This document shows, one piece after another, positions 1 to 7,983 of a DNA stretch of 63,160 nucleotides. Each line of letters starts with the position of its first letter. Positions within the stretch are counted from its first letter, which is position 1. Both the position numbers and the translations under genes were made by a program. Origin of the DNA: a virus (lineage: Duplodnaviria; Caudoviricetes); IMG/VR virus record IMGVR_UViG_3300042934_000776, positions 1-63,160 of that record; one strand, 5' to 3'. The notes under the pieces were generated by a model that was given only the letters and a program-made list of their open reading frames with translations, did not search any database and was not told the DNA's origin.

Positions 1-178
1 GACGCGCGAGCGTGACCTCACGGCCGAGGAGATCGCGGCGCTCGAGTGCCCGGTGCCCCCGGTCGACGAGGAGCCGACGCCTGAGCCGACCGAGACGCCG
101 GCGCCCGTGGTTCCCGCCGCGGCCACGCCGGAGGCGCTCGCCGTCACCGGTGGCCCGGACCTGAGTGCCGTCGGCATC
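1..178. repeat. Terminal direct repeat (circular overlap), copy 1
   Basis: Identical to 62983-63160 except at positions 127 (G/A) and 166 (T/C); lies inside one continuous ORF. Confidence 0.95.
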
Positions 179-253
179 ACCGCCGCGGCCCTCCTGGCTC
201 TCGGACTGGCGCTCGCCGCCACGGCGGCCGCGCGTCGTCGCCACCAGCAGTAA
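1..253 (+). CDS. C-terminal part of secreted, sortase-anchored surface protein (joins 62105..63160)
   Basis: PTPEPTETP linker, LAVTG motif, hydrophobic helix, RRRHQQ tail; in frame with the ORF at the window end. Confidence 0.85.
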   Translation, partial: TRERDLTAEEIAALECPVPPVDEEPTPEPTETPAPVVPAAATPEALAVTGGPDLSAVGITAAALLALGLALAATAAARRRHQQ

Positions 254-259
254 CCCACC

Positions 260-287
260 TGGGGGCCGGGTTCCGGCCCGGCCCCCA
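260..287 (+). terminator. GC-rich hairpin after the surface protein gene
   Basis: TGGGGGCCGGG-N6-CCCGGCCCCCA, 11-bp stem; no clear U tract. Confidence 0.5.
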
Positions 288-305
288 CTCTCGCGAAGGA
301 GAACC

Positions 306-908
306 ATGAACAAGCTTCAGCTAGATGTCGGCCAGTTCCACAAGGCGTTCGGACACCCGGCGCCGGAATTCCCCGTGGAGGCGATGACGCCTGCGGTCGC
401 CGACCTGCTGCGCAAGCGAGCGGCGTGGCTGCACGAGGAGGCCACCGAGCTCGAGGAGGCGTGCGACGAAGGCGACCTGGTCAAGGCGGTCGACGCGCTG
501 GGCGACAGCATCTACTTCGGGGTCGGCGGCTTCGTCGTTCTCGGCCACGACATGATGCCGTTCTGGGGCAACATCCAGGGCGCCAACATGGCGAAGCTGG
601 GGGCCGACGGGAAGCCGATCATCCGCGAGTCGGACGGCAAGGTGATGAAGCCGGAGGGCTGGGTTCCGCCCGAGCCGCTGCACAAGGCGTACATCGACGA
701 GGTGCGCCGGCGAACGGCGATCGAGAGCATGGCCCGCCAGTTGGCATACGCCGCCCACACCAACCCGGGGCACCCCGTCACGCTGTCACCGGTGGGCATG
801 ACGCCCAGTGACCTGCTGGCTGTCGCGGACCGCTGCCAGATGATCCTCGGAGGTCGCCAGGCCGAGGCCCTCTACCAGCAGATGGTCGACGAGATCGGGG
901 AGTTCTGA
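306..908 (+). CDS. MazG-like NTP pyrophosphohydrolase (DR2231/PRA-PH-like)
   Basis: EEATEL...DALGDSIY acidic motif, ANMAK...DGKVMKPEGW; RBS GAAGGAG before ATG 306. Confidence 0.85.
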   Translation: MNKLQLDVGQFHKAFGHPAPEFPVEAMTPAVADLLRKRAAWLHEEATELEEACDEGDLVKAVDALGDSIYFGVGGFVVLGHDMMPFWGNIQGANMAKLGADGKPIIRESDGKVMKPEGWVPPEPLHKAYIDEVRRRTAIESMARQLAYAAHTNPGHPVTLSPVGMTPSDLLAVADRCQMILGGRQAEALYQQMVDEIGEF

Positions 909-1093
909 TGAAGGTCCCCTGGACCCTGCGCTGGGCGCTCGCCTGGGCGGCGCTCACCGGCAGGTACATCACGATCAGCATGGACTCGAACCCGCAGTGG
1001 GGGACCACCTTCCGCTTCGACGTCGAGAAGACCAGGGTGAAACGGTGGCTGAAACGCCGTGACCGCCTACGCGCCAAGAGAGGAGCCAGCTGA
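908..1093 (+). CDS. Hypothetical protein
   Basis: TGATG coupling at both ends. Confidence 0.6.
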   Translation: MKVPWTLRWALAWAALTGRYITISMDSNPQWGTTFRFDVEKTRVKRWLKRRDRLRAKRGAS

Positions 1094-1530
1094 TGCCGAT
1101 CGCCGGCTACACCACAACCGTGCAGGTCTCGGGCACGCTCGACAAGATCACGAAGATGCTCACGAAGGCGAAGGTCCGGGGCATCCAGACCGAGTACGGG
1201 GACCACGGTGACCCCACCGCCCTCGTCTTCCGCCTGGACACGCCGTGGGGCGAGCGCCAGTACGCGCTGCCGATCAACGCGGAGGGCGTGCGCCAGACCC
1301 TGATCCGCGACCGGGTCGAGAAGCGCTACCAGACCATCGAGCAGGCGAACCGCGTGGCATGGCGGATCGCCCACGACTGGCTGCGCGCGCAGCTGGCGAT
1401 CATCGACGCCGGCATGGTCACCTTGCCCGAGGTCATGTTCCCCTACCTGATCCTCGGCGCCGACGACAAGAATCGCCCGGTGACCGCGTTCCAGCGGTAC
1501 GCCGACACTCAGAAGGAGATCTCCGCATGA
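1093..1530 (+). CDS. Conserved phage protein of unknown function
   Basis: QANRVAWRIAHDWLRAQLA motif; RBS AGGAG; coupled to neighbours. Confidence 0.75.
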   Translation: MPIAGYTTTVQVSGTLDKITKMLTKAKVRGIQTEYGDHGDPTALVFRLDTPWGERQYALPINAEGVRQTLIRDRVEKRYQTIEQANRVAWRIAHDWLRAQLAIIDAGMVTLPEVMFPYLILGADDKNRPVTAFQRYADTQKEISA

Positions 1531-2102
1531 CCGCACACAACCACGCCGAGCTCCTCCGGGAGTTCGGCTTCAACCTCAGCGACCTCGGCGTCGTCATGCT
1601 CAAGGTCGACCCGCTGCCCGTGAGAGAGTGGGTCGGCTTCGGCGACACCGAGGACGTCTGGGTCTACGCCCCCGAGGGGCATCGGTGGCCCTGGGTGAAG
1701 GGCCCGGTCGCTGAGACCGGCGCCCACGTCACGGTGAAGTACGGCCTGCTCGAGAAGGCGTACACGCCTCGCAGCATCAACGCCATCGGTCAGCTGATGG
1801 TGGACTACGAGCCTGGTACGGTACTGCGGACCGACATCGTGGAGATTTTCGAGGAGCCGGCGGTGTCCGAGCTCGGCTATGCCTGCATCGTCGCGCGCAT
1901 CGATGACGAGCCGCTGCGCAACTGGAACGCGGCACTGTCGGTCCTGCCGCACGTCGACACCTACGCCGAGTACAAGCCGCACCTCACCCTCGGCTACGTG
2001 AAGAAGGAGCTCGCGACCGTCATGGCAAAGCAGATGGCTCACCACCTCCCGAAGTACGTCACCACCACCGGACTCTCGTTCGGAGATCGGACACTCGCAT
2101 GA
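1527..2102 (+). CDS. 2H phosphoesterase, Acb1/T4 gp57B-like
   Basis: Two HxT motifs (AHVTVKYG, YKPHLTLGY); RBS GAAGGAG; ATGA overlap. Confidence 0.8.
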   Translation: MTAHNHAELLREFGFNLSDLGVVMLKVDPLPVREWVGFGDTEDVWVYAPEGHRWPWVKGPVAETGAHVTVKYGLLEKAYTPRSINAIGQLMVDYEPGTVLRTDIVEIFEEPAVSELGYACIVARIDDEPLRNWNAALSVLPHVDTYAEYKPHLTLGYVKKELATVMAKQMAHHLPKYVTTTGLSFGDRTLA

Positions 2103-2260
2103 ACGACCCGAAGCCCATCCGCCCCGGCCAGGAGCCGGAGGAACCGAAGCCCGAGCGGGTGCCGATGAACGCAGGGTCGTGGGTCCTGCTCATCGGCGCG
2201 CTCGTCATCTTCGGCGGCCCACTCGCCGTCTGGCTCTACCGGCTGGCGTTCGGGCTGTGA
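2099..2260 (+). CDS. Small membrane protein (53 aa, not in ORF track)
   Basis: MNDPKP...WVLLIGALVIFGGPLAVWLYRLAFGL; 4-bp overlaps at both ends. Confidence 0.65.
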   Translation: MNDPKPIRPGQEPEEPKPERVPMNAGSWVLLIGALVIFGGPLAVWLYRLAFGL

Positions 2261-2433
2261 CCAACGAACTACGGTGCGTGACGCACGAGCTCGCCGGGAG
2301 GCCATCGGCTCCCGGCACGTTCGTCGTGTTCGGCATGACCGTCTGCCGGTCATGCCTGCCGAAGGTGCAGAAGCTGCTCGAGGTCGGCTCTGCACGTGAC
2401 GTGCTGCGCGCGGCACGGAAGGGAGAACTGTGA
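2257..2433 (+). CDS. Hypothetical protein, possible Zn-binding
   Basis: GTG start with overlap; CxxH...CxxC. Confidence 0.55.
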   Translation: MTNELRCVTHELAGRPSAPGTFVVFGMTVCRSCLPKVQKLLEVGSARDVLRAARKGEL

Positions 2434-2729
2434 TGTGGGGACGGAAGGCGAAGCGCATCCGCGAGCTCGAGGAGCAGCTGGTCGACGCGCGCGAGAACGT
2501 GGCTCGGGTGAACGTGCAGATCCCGCGAGGGATGGTCATGGTCGCCGAGGTCCGTCGCGGAGTGTGGCATACGGTCAGCTACCGATTCATGGTCGACCAG
2601 ACGCTCAAGAACGTGGACTTCGGGGACGTCTCCGTGGTGGCCAACGAGCTCACGCCCTACTTCGACGGCAGCACGCCACCACCCGACGGCTACGACTATC
2701 GGTGGGTCGGCGATGTCACACCCGGATGA
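2430..2729 (+). CDS. Hypothetical protein
   Basis: Coupled ORF with RBS. Confidence 0.6.
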   Translation: MMWGRKAKRIRELEEQLVDARENVARVNVQIPRGMVMVAEVRRGVWHTVSYRFMVDQTLKNVDFGDVSVVANELTPYFDGSTPPPDGYDYRWVGDVTPG

Positions 2730-2982
2730 CGTGCCCGTCCCGACCGTCGCCGAGCTCGCTGCTCGGAACGACGGGTCCGCCGTCGTCACCCACTGGGTGA
2801 ACGAGGGCACGGAGAAGAACCCGAAGATGGTCCCGTCCCGGTGGCGACTGCTCGACAAGGGCTACGCCATCCTCGGCGAGGCCATGCGCACGAACGCCCT
2901 GGCGGCGATCGCGCGCGGGGAGGGAAACTGGCAGCAGCCGCCCTCCAGTCTGATCCTCGGAAGGAGTTCCAATGCACCCTGA
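2713..2982 (+). CDS. Hypothetical protein
   Basis: Overlapping operon ORF with GC3-rich codons. Confidence 0.55.
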   Translation: MSHPDDVPVPTVAELAARNDGSAVVTHWVNEGTEKNPKMVPSRWRLLDKGYAILGEAMRTNALAAIARGEGNWQQPPSSLILGRSSNAP

Positions 2983-3334
2983 CCGTCGGCGCGCAGGTCG
3001 CGCCATCCGCAAGCAGCGTCGCCTCGAACAGGAGCAGGCGCTGGATATGCTGCCCGCCATGGCGGCTTTCTTCGCACACCTCAGCGAGCTCTTCGGGTCC
3101 GCGTTCGAGGCCATGGGAAGGGCGTTCCTGGAGATCGGCCGCAGTATGCAGACCCCCCCAGAACGGAATCGGCTCGCGCTGACGCCCAGTCCAGGCGCCC
3201 TGCGCCTATCTGAGGCTTCGACGGGTCGCCCTACCCAAACGGGGGGTCAGGCGCTTAGATCGCATTCTGGCGTCTCGGCCTCGTCGGGGTGGATCGACGA
3301 GGCAGTCGACTTCGGGGGGTGGGAGGACCGATGA
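2972..3334 (+). CDS. Hypothetical protein
   Basis: RBS GGAAGGAG; ATGA overlap downstream. Confidence 0.55.
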   Translation: MHPDRRRAGRAIRKQRRLEQEQALDMLPAMAAFFAHLSELFGSAFEAMGRAFLEIGRSMQTPPERNRLALTPSPGALRLSEASTGRPTQTGGQALRSHSGVSASSGWIDEAVDFGGWEDR

Positions 3335-3507
3335 GGGCCGGCTTCGCGATCTCGCTCCTCATTGCCATCGGCATCGGAGTCGTCGGCATCGTCGGCGTTG
3401 TCGAGGAGTGGCGGACCGGCGAGCAGGTACTCGGCATGCCGGGCTGGCCGCTGCTGTTCATCGGCGGCCTCCAGATCCGAGTCCTGCTGCTCGAGGACCA
3501 CACATAG
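3331..3507 (+). CDS. Small two-TM membrane protein
   Basis: RBS GGAGG; two hydrophobic segments. Confidence 0.6.
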   Translation: MRAGFAISLLIAIGIGVVGIVGVVEEWRTGEQVLGMPGWPLLFIGGLQIRVLLLEDHT

Positions 3508-3516
3508 CAGGCAGCA

Positions 3517-3549
3517 GAAAGCCCCCAGCCGATCTGGCTGGGGGCTTTC
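3517..3549. terminator. Bidirectional terminator where the two arms converge
   Basis: GAAAGCCCCCAGCC-GATCT-GGCTGGGGGCTTTC between convergent genes. Confidence 0.85.
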
Positions 3550-3555
3550 GTGCGT

Positions 3556-4011
3556 TCAGCCGACGGCGCTGCCGACGTCGCCGTGCGCCAGGACCACCTT
3601 CACGGCCTGCTTGTCCACGTAGACCGGCACCCGGTCGGAGACATCCGGCGCCGCCAGAGCCTCCTTCACGGAGTCCGTGCGCATCGACACGCCCAGCTGG
3701 GTGAGCAGGGCGTTCACGCCGGCGAAGATGATCGCCATCGTGGTCGACGTCTGCCACTCGCCGCCGGCCACGATCACACCGACGATCGCACCAGCGACCG
3801 CGACGATGACGTTACCGCCGACCTTGAGCAGGGCAGCCCATCCGGTCTTCAGCAGCGGGACGAAGATCGCCACCGCCGAGCCCGCGGCCAGGCCGCCGAA
3901 CTCCCACTGCTCCTGCGGGGTGAAGACGTTGTCGGCCAGCGCCAGCTGCAGCGCGTAGACCAGCGTGCCCACGAGCGTGAGCAGGCCCGCGGCGTACTTG
4001 TTCAGGACCAT
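3556..4011 (-). CDS. Holin-like multi-TM protein
   Basis: About 4 TM segments, last gene of the lysis cassette. Confidence 0.65.
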   Translation of the reverse strand: MVLNKYAAGLLTLVGTLVYALQLALADNVFTPQEQWEFGGLAAGSAVAIFVPLLKTGWAALLKVGGNVIVAVAGAIVGVIVAGGEWQTSTTMAIIFAGVNALLTQLGVSMRTDSVKEALAAPDVSDRVPVYVDKQAVKVVLAHGDVGSAVG

Positions 4012-4022
4012 GTTGTTCCCCT

Positions 4023-4400
4023 TCAGTAGATCGTGCCAGTGAACGTGTCGCCACTGAGCGACCGTTCCTTCTTGCGAGCCATCCGCTGCGCCTTGCCGCG
4101 GTGGCGTTCACGGTGGAGGACGACATCCTTGCCCAGCCATGAGATCAGGATCAGCCCGTACAGCACGATGCGCACCGGCTCGACGATCCGGTTGCCCGTG
4201 AAGACGGAGAAGATGATGCTGGCGAGCACGAGCAGAAGCCCGAGCGCGCCGCTGAGAATGATCCAGCCGAACGGGTCTTCCCACCACTTCGTGAAGAAGC
4301 CGTAGACGAGCACGAACCACGCGATCGGCAACGCGCACGAGAAGAGAAGCCAGTCCGAAGGGGCTAGGCCGAGGCTCGCAATGTACTGCCAGATGGTCAC
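4023..4400 (-). CDS. Lysis-cassette membrane protein (putative holin)
   Basis: 3 TM segments, basic C-terminus; GTG start after AGGAG. Confidence 0.65.
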   Translation of the reverse strand: MTIWQYIASLGLAPSDWLLFSCALPIAWFVLVYGFFTKWWEDPFGWIILSGALGLLLVLASIIFSVFTGNRIVEPVRIVLYGLILISWLGKDVVLHRERHRGKAQRMARKKERSLSGDTFTGTIY

Positions 4401-4401
4401 T

Positions 4402-4626
4402 TCAACTCCTAAAGATGGCTCGCAGTTTCGGAGCATAACCATTCTCGACGTGCAGTTCGTTCACGGCGCGCACGGACGCCAGCAGCATATCGACAACCAT
4501 GTTGGTGCGCTCCACCCCGATCTCCGCAGTGCGCAGCCTGTTCTCCGCCACCTCGCGCTCGTGCACGGCTGTATCAGCCACCCCGGCGGGCAGTTCGTAC
4601 TCTGGCCCTTCCTGCTTTTCGCTCAT
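4402..4626 (-). CDS. Lysis-cassette hypothetical protein
   Basis: Coupled ORF ending ENGYAPKLRAIF. Confidence 0.6.
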   Translation of the reverse strand: MSEKQEGPEYELPAGVADTAVHEREVAENRLRTAEIGVERTNMVVDMLLASVRAVNELHVENGYAPKLRAIFRS

Positions 4627-5084
4627 GCCTCCGACGCCTCTCGGGCGATCTCGTTAAGAGATTGGATGACGTGCGTGTTCGCCCGCACGACCTCTGTCAT
4701 GGCGAATGCGGCATCCGTTACCTTCTCGGCCCGGGACCGATGGCCCTCGGCGGCCTCAGCGTTCGCCTCGTTGGACTTGTAGAGCTCAGCGTAACGCGCA
4801 CGCTCGAGGGTGAGTAGGGCCTCGTAATGACGGGCCTGCTCCTCCATGGCCGCCTTGTGCCGCGCGGCCGCTGGGGCGACGAACTCGATCCGGTTCATCG
4901 CCAGGCCCAGGATCCACGGCGCCGGCGAGAGTCCGAGTCCTGCCAGGATCACGAGCAGGGTCTGCCACCACTGCAAGTCCAGGAGGTCGATGATGATCGA
5001 CCCGCCGTTCGGGCTGGCTTCGCCCTTCAGAGCGTCGATGCTGACGACGAGGGCTTGCACGACCATCGCCAGCATCGGGTTCAC
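4623..5084 (-). CDS. Membrane protein with coiled coil (lysis cassette)
   Basis: TM helix then heptad-like region; directly after the endolysin. Confidence 0.65.
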   Translation of the reverse strand: MNPMLAMVVQALVVSIDALKGEASPNGGSIIIDLLDLQWWQTLLVILAGLGLSPAPWILGLAMNRIEFVAPAAARHKAAMEEQARHYEALLTLERARYAELYKSNEANAEAAEGHRSRAEKVTDAAFAMTEVVRANTHVIQSLNEIAREASEA

Positions 5085-6943
5085 GTCTGGTCCCCGAGTG
5101 CCTCAGTGAGTACCTCGGAGAGATACGCCGACGCAGCCAGCATCTCCTCAGCGTCAGCGACCGGGATCTGGACGAACTCCACGGGCGGCCCCACGGGAGG
5201 CTCGCCCGTGGCGGGGTCGAGCGCACCGGAGTGGAACATGTCGGCGAATGCGCGCACCTTGGCCGTGTCGATCCTCGAGCAGGTCGTCTCGTAGAACTCC
5301 TTGTGGAGGCGGATCGGCTGCGCTCGCAGGTAGGGGTTCTTCACCTCGACGATGTAGTGCAGGAAGCCGAGCGTCTTGTAGCCGAGGTCGGAGTCCGACG
5401 TGGTGATGAGCGGGTCATTCTCGCTCTTCCAGGCGTACGGGTTGCGCTGGCCAGTCGTCGCCGCGATCAGGTGCAGCGGGACCATGAGCGTGATCCGGCC
5501 GGCCGAGAGCACGTAGTTCACCGACAGCCCGGCCTTGCCCTGGATGTAGTTGACGTTTCCGTCATGCGAGCCACCCTCGCCGGGCTCGTTCCACCAGTGC
5601 GTGTGCGACTCGATCGGGTAGTACTTGGTGCCGTAATACTCGTACGCCGCCTTGTTCAGGTCGGGCTTGAGACACTCCGGGTCGATCCGCTCGTCGTAGC
5701 GGATCCACGCCGGGTAGTCGGCGGCCGTCGGCGTGACCATGTCGGGCGTGTACTCGTCGTCGTCCGGGTCCGTGCCATCCGGCGGCGCCTCCACCTCGAC
5801 CAGGCCCGTCGTGGACTGATCGGTGAAGCCGCCCGCCCACTGCCACAGTCCGTCGGCGGCGCGCTGGAACCAGACGTCCTGGCCCTCCACCTCCTGACTG
5901 TGCGCGAACGCCTTCATCTCGATGACGGCGCCGGCTGCCTCGACGGCGACGGATGCAACGCTCGTATACGGCTTGCCGCGCACGTTCGAGGGGTTCTCGC
6001 CCACCGTGCGCGTGATCTTCTCCGGCGGCTTCGGCGGGTTCAGGTCCGCGAGGTCATGCGTGCCTTTGTCCTCGAACCCACCCGACCAGAAGTAGTCGCC
6101 GGAGATCGAGCCACGGAACCAGACGCCGTTGCCCTCCACAACCTCGCCGTTGATCCAGCCGTTGAAGTCGCCGACGGCCCCGGGGTTGAGCGTCTGGGTG
6201 ACGCCGCCCGCGGTCGACGGCTGCAGCCTTCCGTTCGCGCCGTTCGGCCCTACCTTGCGCTGGTACGGCTGGATGACCGGCGGTGCCGGCGGGTTCAGAT
6301 CGGTCAGGTCATGCGTGCCAGTGTCGGTGAAGCCGCCCGACCAGAACCAGTTGCCCGAGATGCCACGGAACCACACCGGGTTCCCGCTGACGTTCTCGCC
6401 GTTCTTCCATCCGTTGAACGTGCCAACCACGCCCGCCTTCAGGAAGTCGACCTCGGGGGATGCCGTCGTGGGCTCCGGGGCCCGGCCCTTGACACCGTTG
6501 GGGCCCACGATGCGCTGGTTGCCGTCGATGGGGCCGCCGCCGACGTAGTGCTCGAAGTCGAGCGTCGGCGCCGCCCACGCCGCGCCAGGCCAGAGGGTCT
6601 GGTGTACGTGCGCGCCGTAGCCCCAGTCCGAGCCGTTGCCGGAGGCGCCGGTCTTGCCGATCTGCTGACCGCGAGCGACGCGATCACCGGGCTTCACCCA
6701 CACCTCAGCCAGGTGCAGTGAGCGCGTGGTGCGCCCGTCGTCGAGCACGTACTCGACGTACCGGCCGGTCGGCCCGTGGTTGCCGGTGCGCGTGTAGGTG
6801 ACGCGGCCGGCCTCGACGGCGAACAGCGGCGAGCCGTACGCGACGCCATAGTCGGTGCCCGGCTCGGAGCTCGGGGTTTCCCGATCGAGGTGGCACTGCC
6901 TCGAGCACGAGACATAGTCGGTGGTGGTTGGCAGTGCGTACAT
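5081..6943 (-). CDS. Endolysin: M23 peptidase + three SH3-like repeats + amidase-2-like domain
   Basis: M23 motifs (GTDY, HLAEV...GQQIG, AHVH), three repeats ending WF...WxGGF, C-terminal HWW...H...C; start MYALP at 6943. Confidence 0.85.
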   Translation of the reverse strand: MYALPTTTDYVSCSRQCHLDRETPSSEPGTDYGVAYGSPLFAVEAGRVTYTRTGNHGPTGRYVEYVLDDGRTTRSLHLAEVWVKPGDRVARGQQIGKTGASGNGSDWGYGAHVHQTLWPGAAWAAPTLDFEHYVGGGPIDGNQRIVGPNGVKGRAPEPTTASPEVDFLKAGVVGTFNGWKNGENVSGNPVWFRGISGNWFWSGGFTDTGTHDLTDLNPPAPPVIQPYQRKVGPNGANGRLQPSTAGGVTQTLNPGAVGDFNGWINGEVVEGNGVWFRGSISGDYFWSGGFEDKGTHDLADLNPPKPPEKITRTVGENPSNVRGKPYTSVASVAVEAAGAVIEMKAFAHSQEVEGQDVWFQRAADGLWQWAGGFTDQSTTGLVEVEAPPDGTDPDDDEYTPDMVTPTAADYPAWIRYDERIDPECLKPDLNKAAYEYYGTKYYPIESHTHWWNEPGEGGSHDGNVNYIQGKAGLSVNYVLSAGRITLMVPLHLIAATTGQRNPYAWKSENDPLITTSDSDLGYKTLGFLHYIVEVKNPYLRAQPIRLHKEFYETTCSRIDTAKVRAFADMFHSGALDPATGEPPVGPPVEFVQIPVADAEEMLAASAYLSEVLTEALGDQT

Positions 6944-6963
6944 GGTCGCCCCTCTGGTCGGGC

Positions 6964-7176
6964 CTATTCTGCCATGGGCTCCTGCTCGGCGACATGTTGG
7001 CCCGTGATGGTGTTGGCGAAGCATTCCTCGTCGTACGGGCCGACCTCGGACATGTCCTGCACGTTCGAGTCGAAGTCGGGGTTGAGAACGTCGTAGCGCG
7101 GCGGGGCGCCGGGGTCCACCGTGTGGAGGCCGCAGTCCTTACAGACCGGCCACCACGGGTATTCGGGGAGTGTCAT
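6964..7176 (-). CDS. Hypothetical protein
   Basis: RBS AAGGAA; fills the gap between tail and lysin genes. Confidence 0.55.
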   Translation of the reverse strand: MTLPEYPWWPVCKDCGLHTVDPGAPPRYDVLNPDFDSNVQDMSEVGPYDEECFANTITGQHVAEQEPMAE

Positions 7177-7185
7177 TGCTGTTCC

Positions 7186-7983
7186 TTACGGGATGGGAAC
7201 GACCGGAGGCCGCACATACCTGACCAGCATCTGGCCGCGCGTGGCGGGACGGGGTGTGCCGGCGGTCACCTGGTGAACCACCAGAGTCCCGGTCTGGCAC
7301 ACCACTCGGAAGCGCTCTGTCGCGGCGACGAAGATCGATGAATACTCGGCGCCGACGCTGGTGAAGATCGTGCTGAGCGGCTGGCCCCCGACGTTGGACC
7401 GCCATTCGATGGTGGCGTCGGTCGAATTCCTGATCTGCGTGTGATAGTCCGCGGCGCCCGTTCCGGTGCTCTGCAGAGTCCACCACGACAGGTCGTAGTA
7501 GCCGTATCGGAGGAACCGCACCCCATTGGTGTCGGAGGTGAACCAGTCGGCCCCGCCGCGCTCGCGGATCACGGCGTTCCAGCCACCGATGAGCGCGCCG
7601 CTCGAGGCGTTGAAGGTGGTCGACGGTTCGAGAACGATCTCAGGACCGAGTCCGGTGGGATACCACCCGGAAGTCGCACCGCCGGTCAGGCCCGGCACGA
7701 CGAGACCCTGGCTCGCCCAGCCGACAGGCGCGTAGAACGACTCTTCCCAGTCCTTGTCGATGTTGAACCAGACGATCCTTCTGTTCGCCAACGCGATCTT
7801 CTCGGGGGTCGTGAACAGAGCCGAGTCGCCGAACAGTGCGTCCCGCTCGGCTGTGGTGCCGCGCCCGACATCCTTCAGCTGTGGCGGCGTGATGCCACGC
7901 GCGAGCCGTGTCTCGAGGCCGCCGATCCGCTGCAGGATCCGATCGAACATGCCCTCGGGAGTGCGTGAGTACGGGTCGGTCAT
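7186..7983 (-). CDS. Minor tail protein
   Basis: Starts MTDPYSR (TGATG overlap); N-terminal coiled coil and GTTAERDA motif. Confidence 0.7.
   Translation of the reverse strand: MTDPYSRTPEGMFDRILQRIGGLETRLARGITPPQLKDVGRGTTAERDALFGDSALFTTPEKIALANRRIVWFNIDKDWEESFYAPVGWASQGLVVPGLTGGATSGWYPTGLGPEIVLEPSTTFNASSGALIGGWNAVIRERGGADWFTSDTNGVRFLRYGYYDLSWWTLQSTGTGAADYHTQIRNSTDATIEWRSNVGGQPLSTIFTSVGAEYSSIFVAATERFRVVCQTGTLVVHQVTAGTPRPATRGQMLVRYVRPPVVPIP

Noticed and set aside
7263-7279. TCACCTGGTGAA in a minor tail gene as a 13th palindrome
   Set aside because: Four mismatches to the consensus; likely chance
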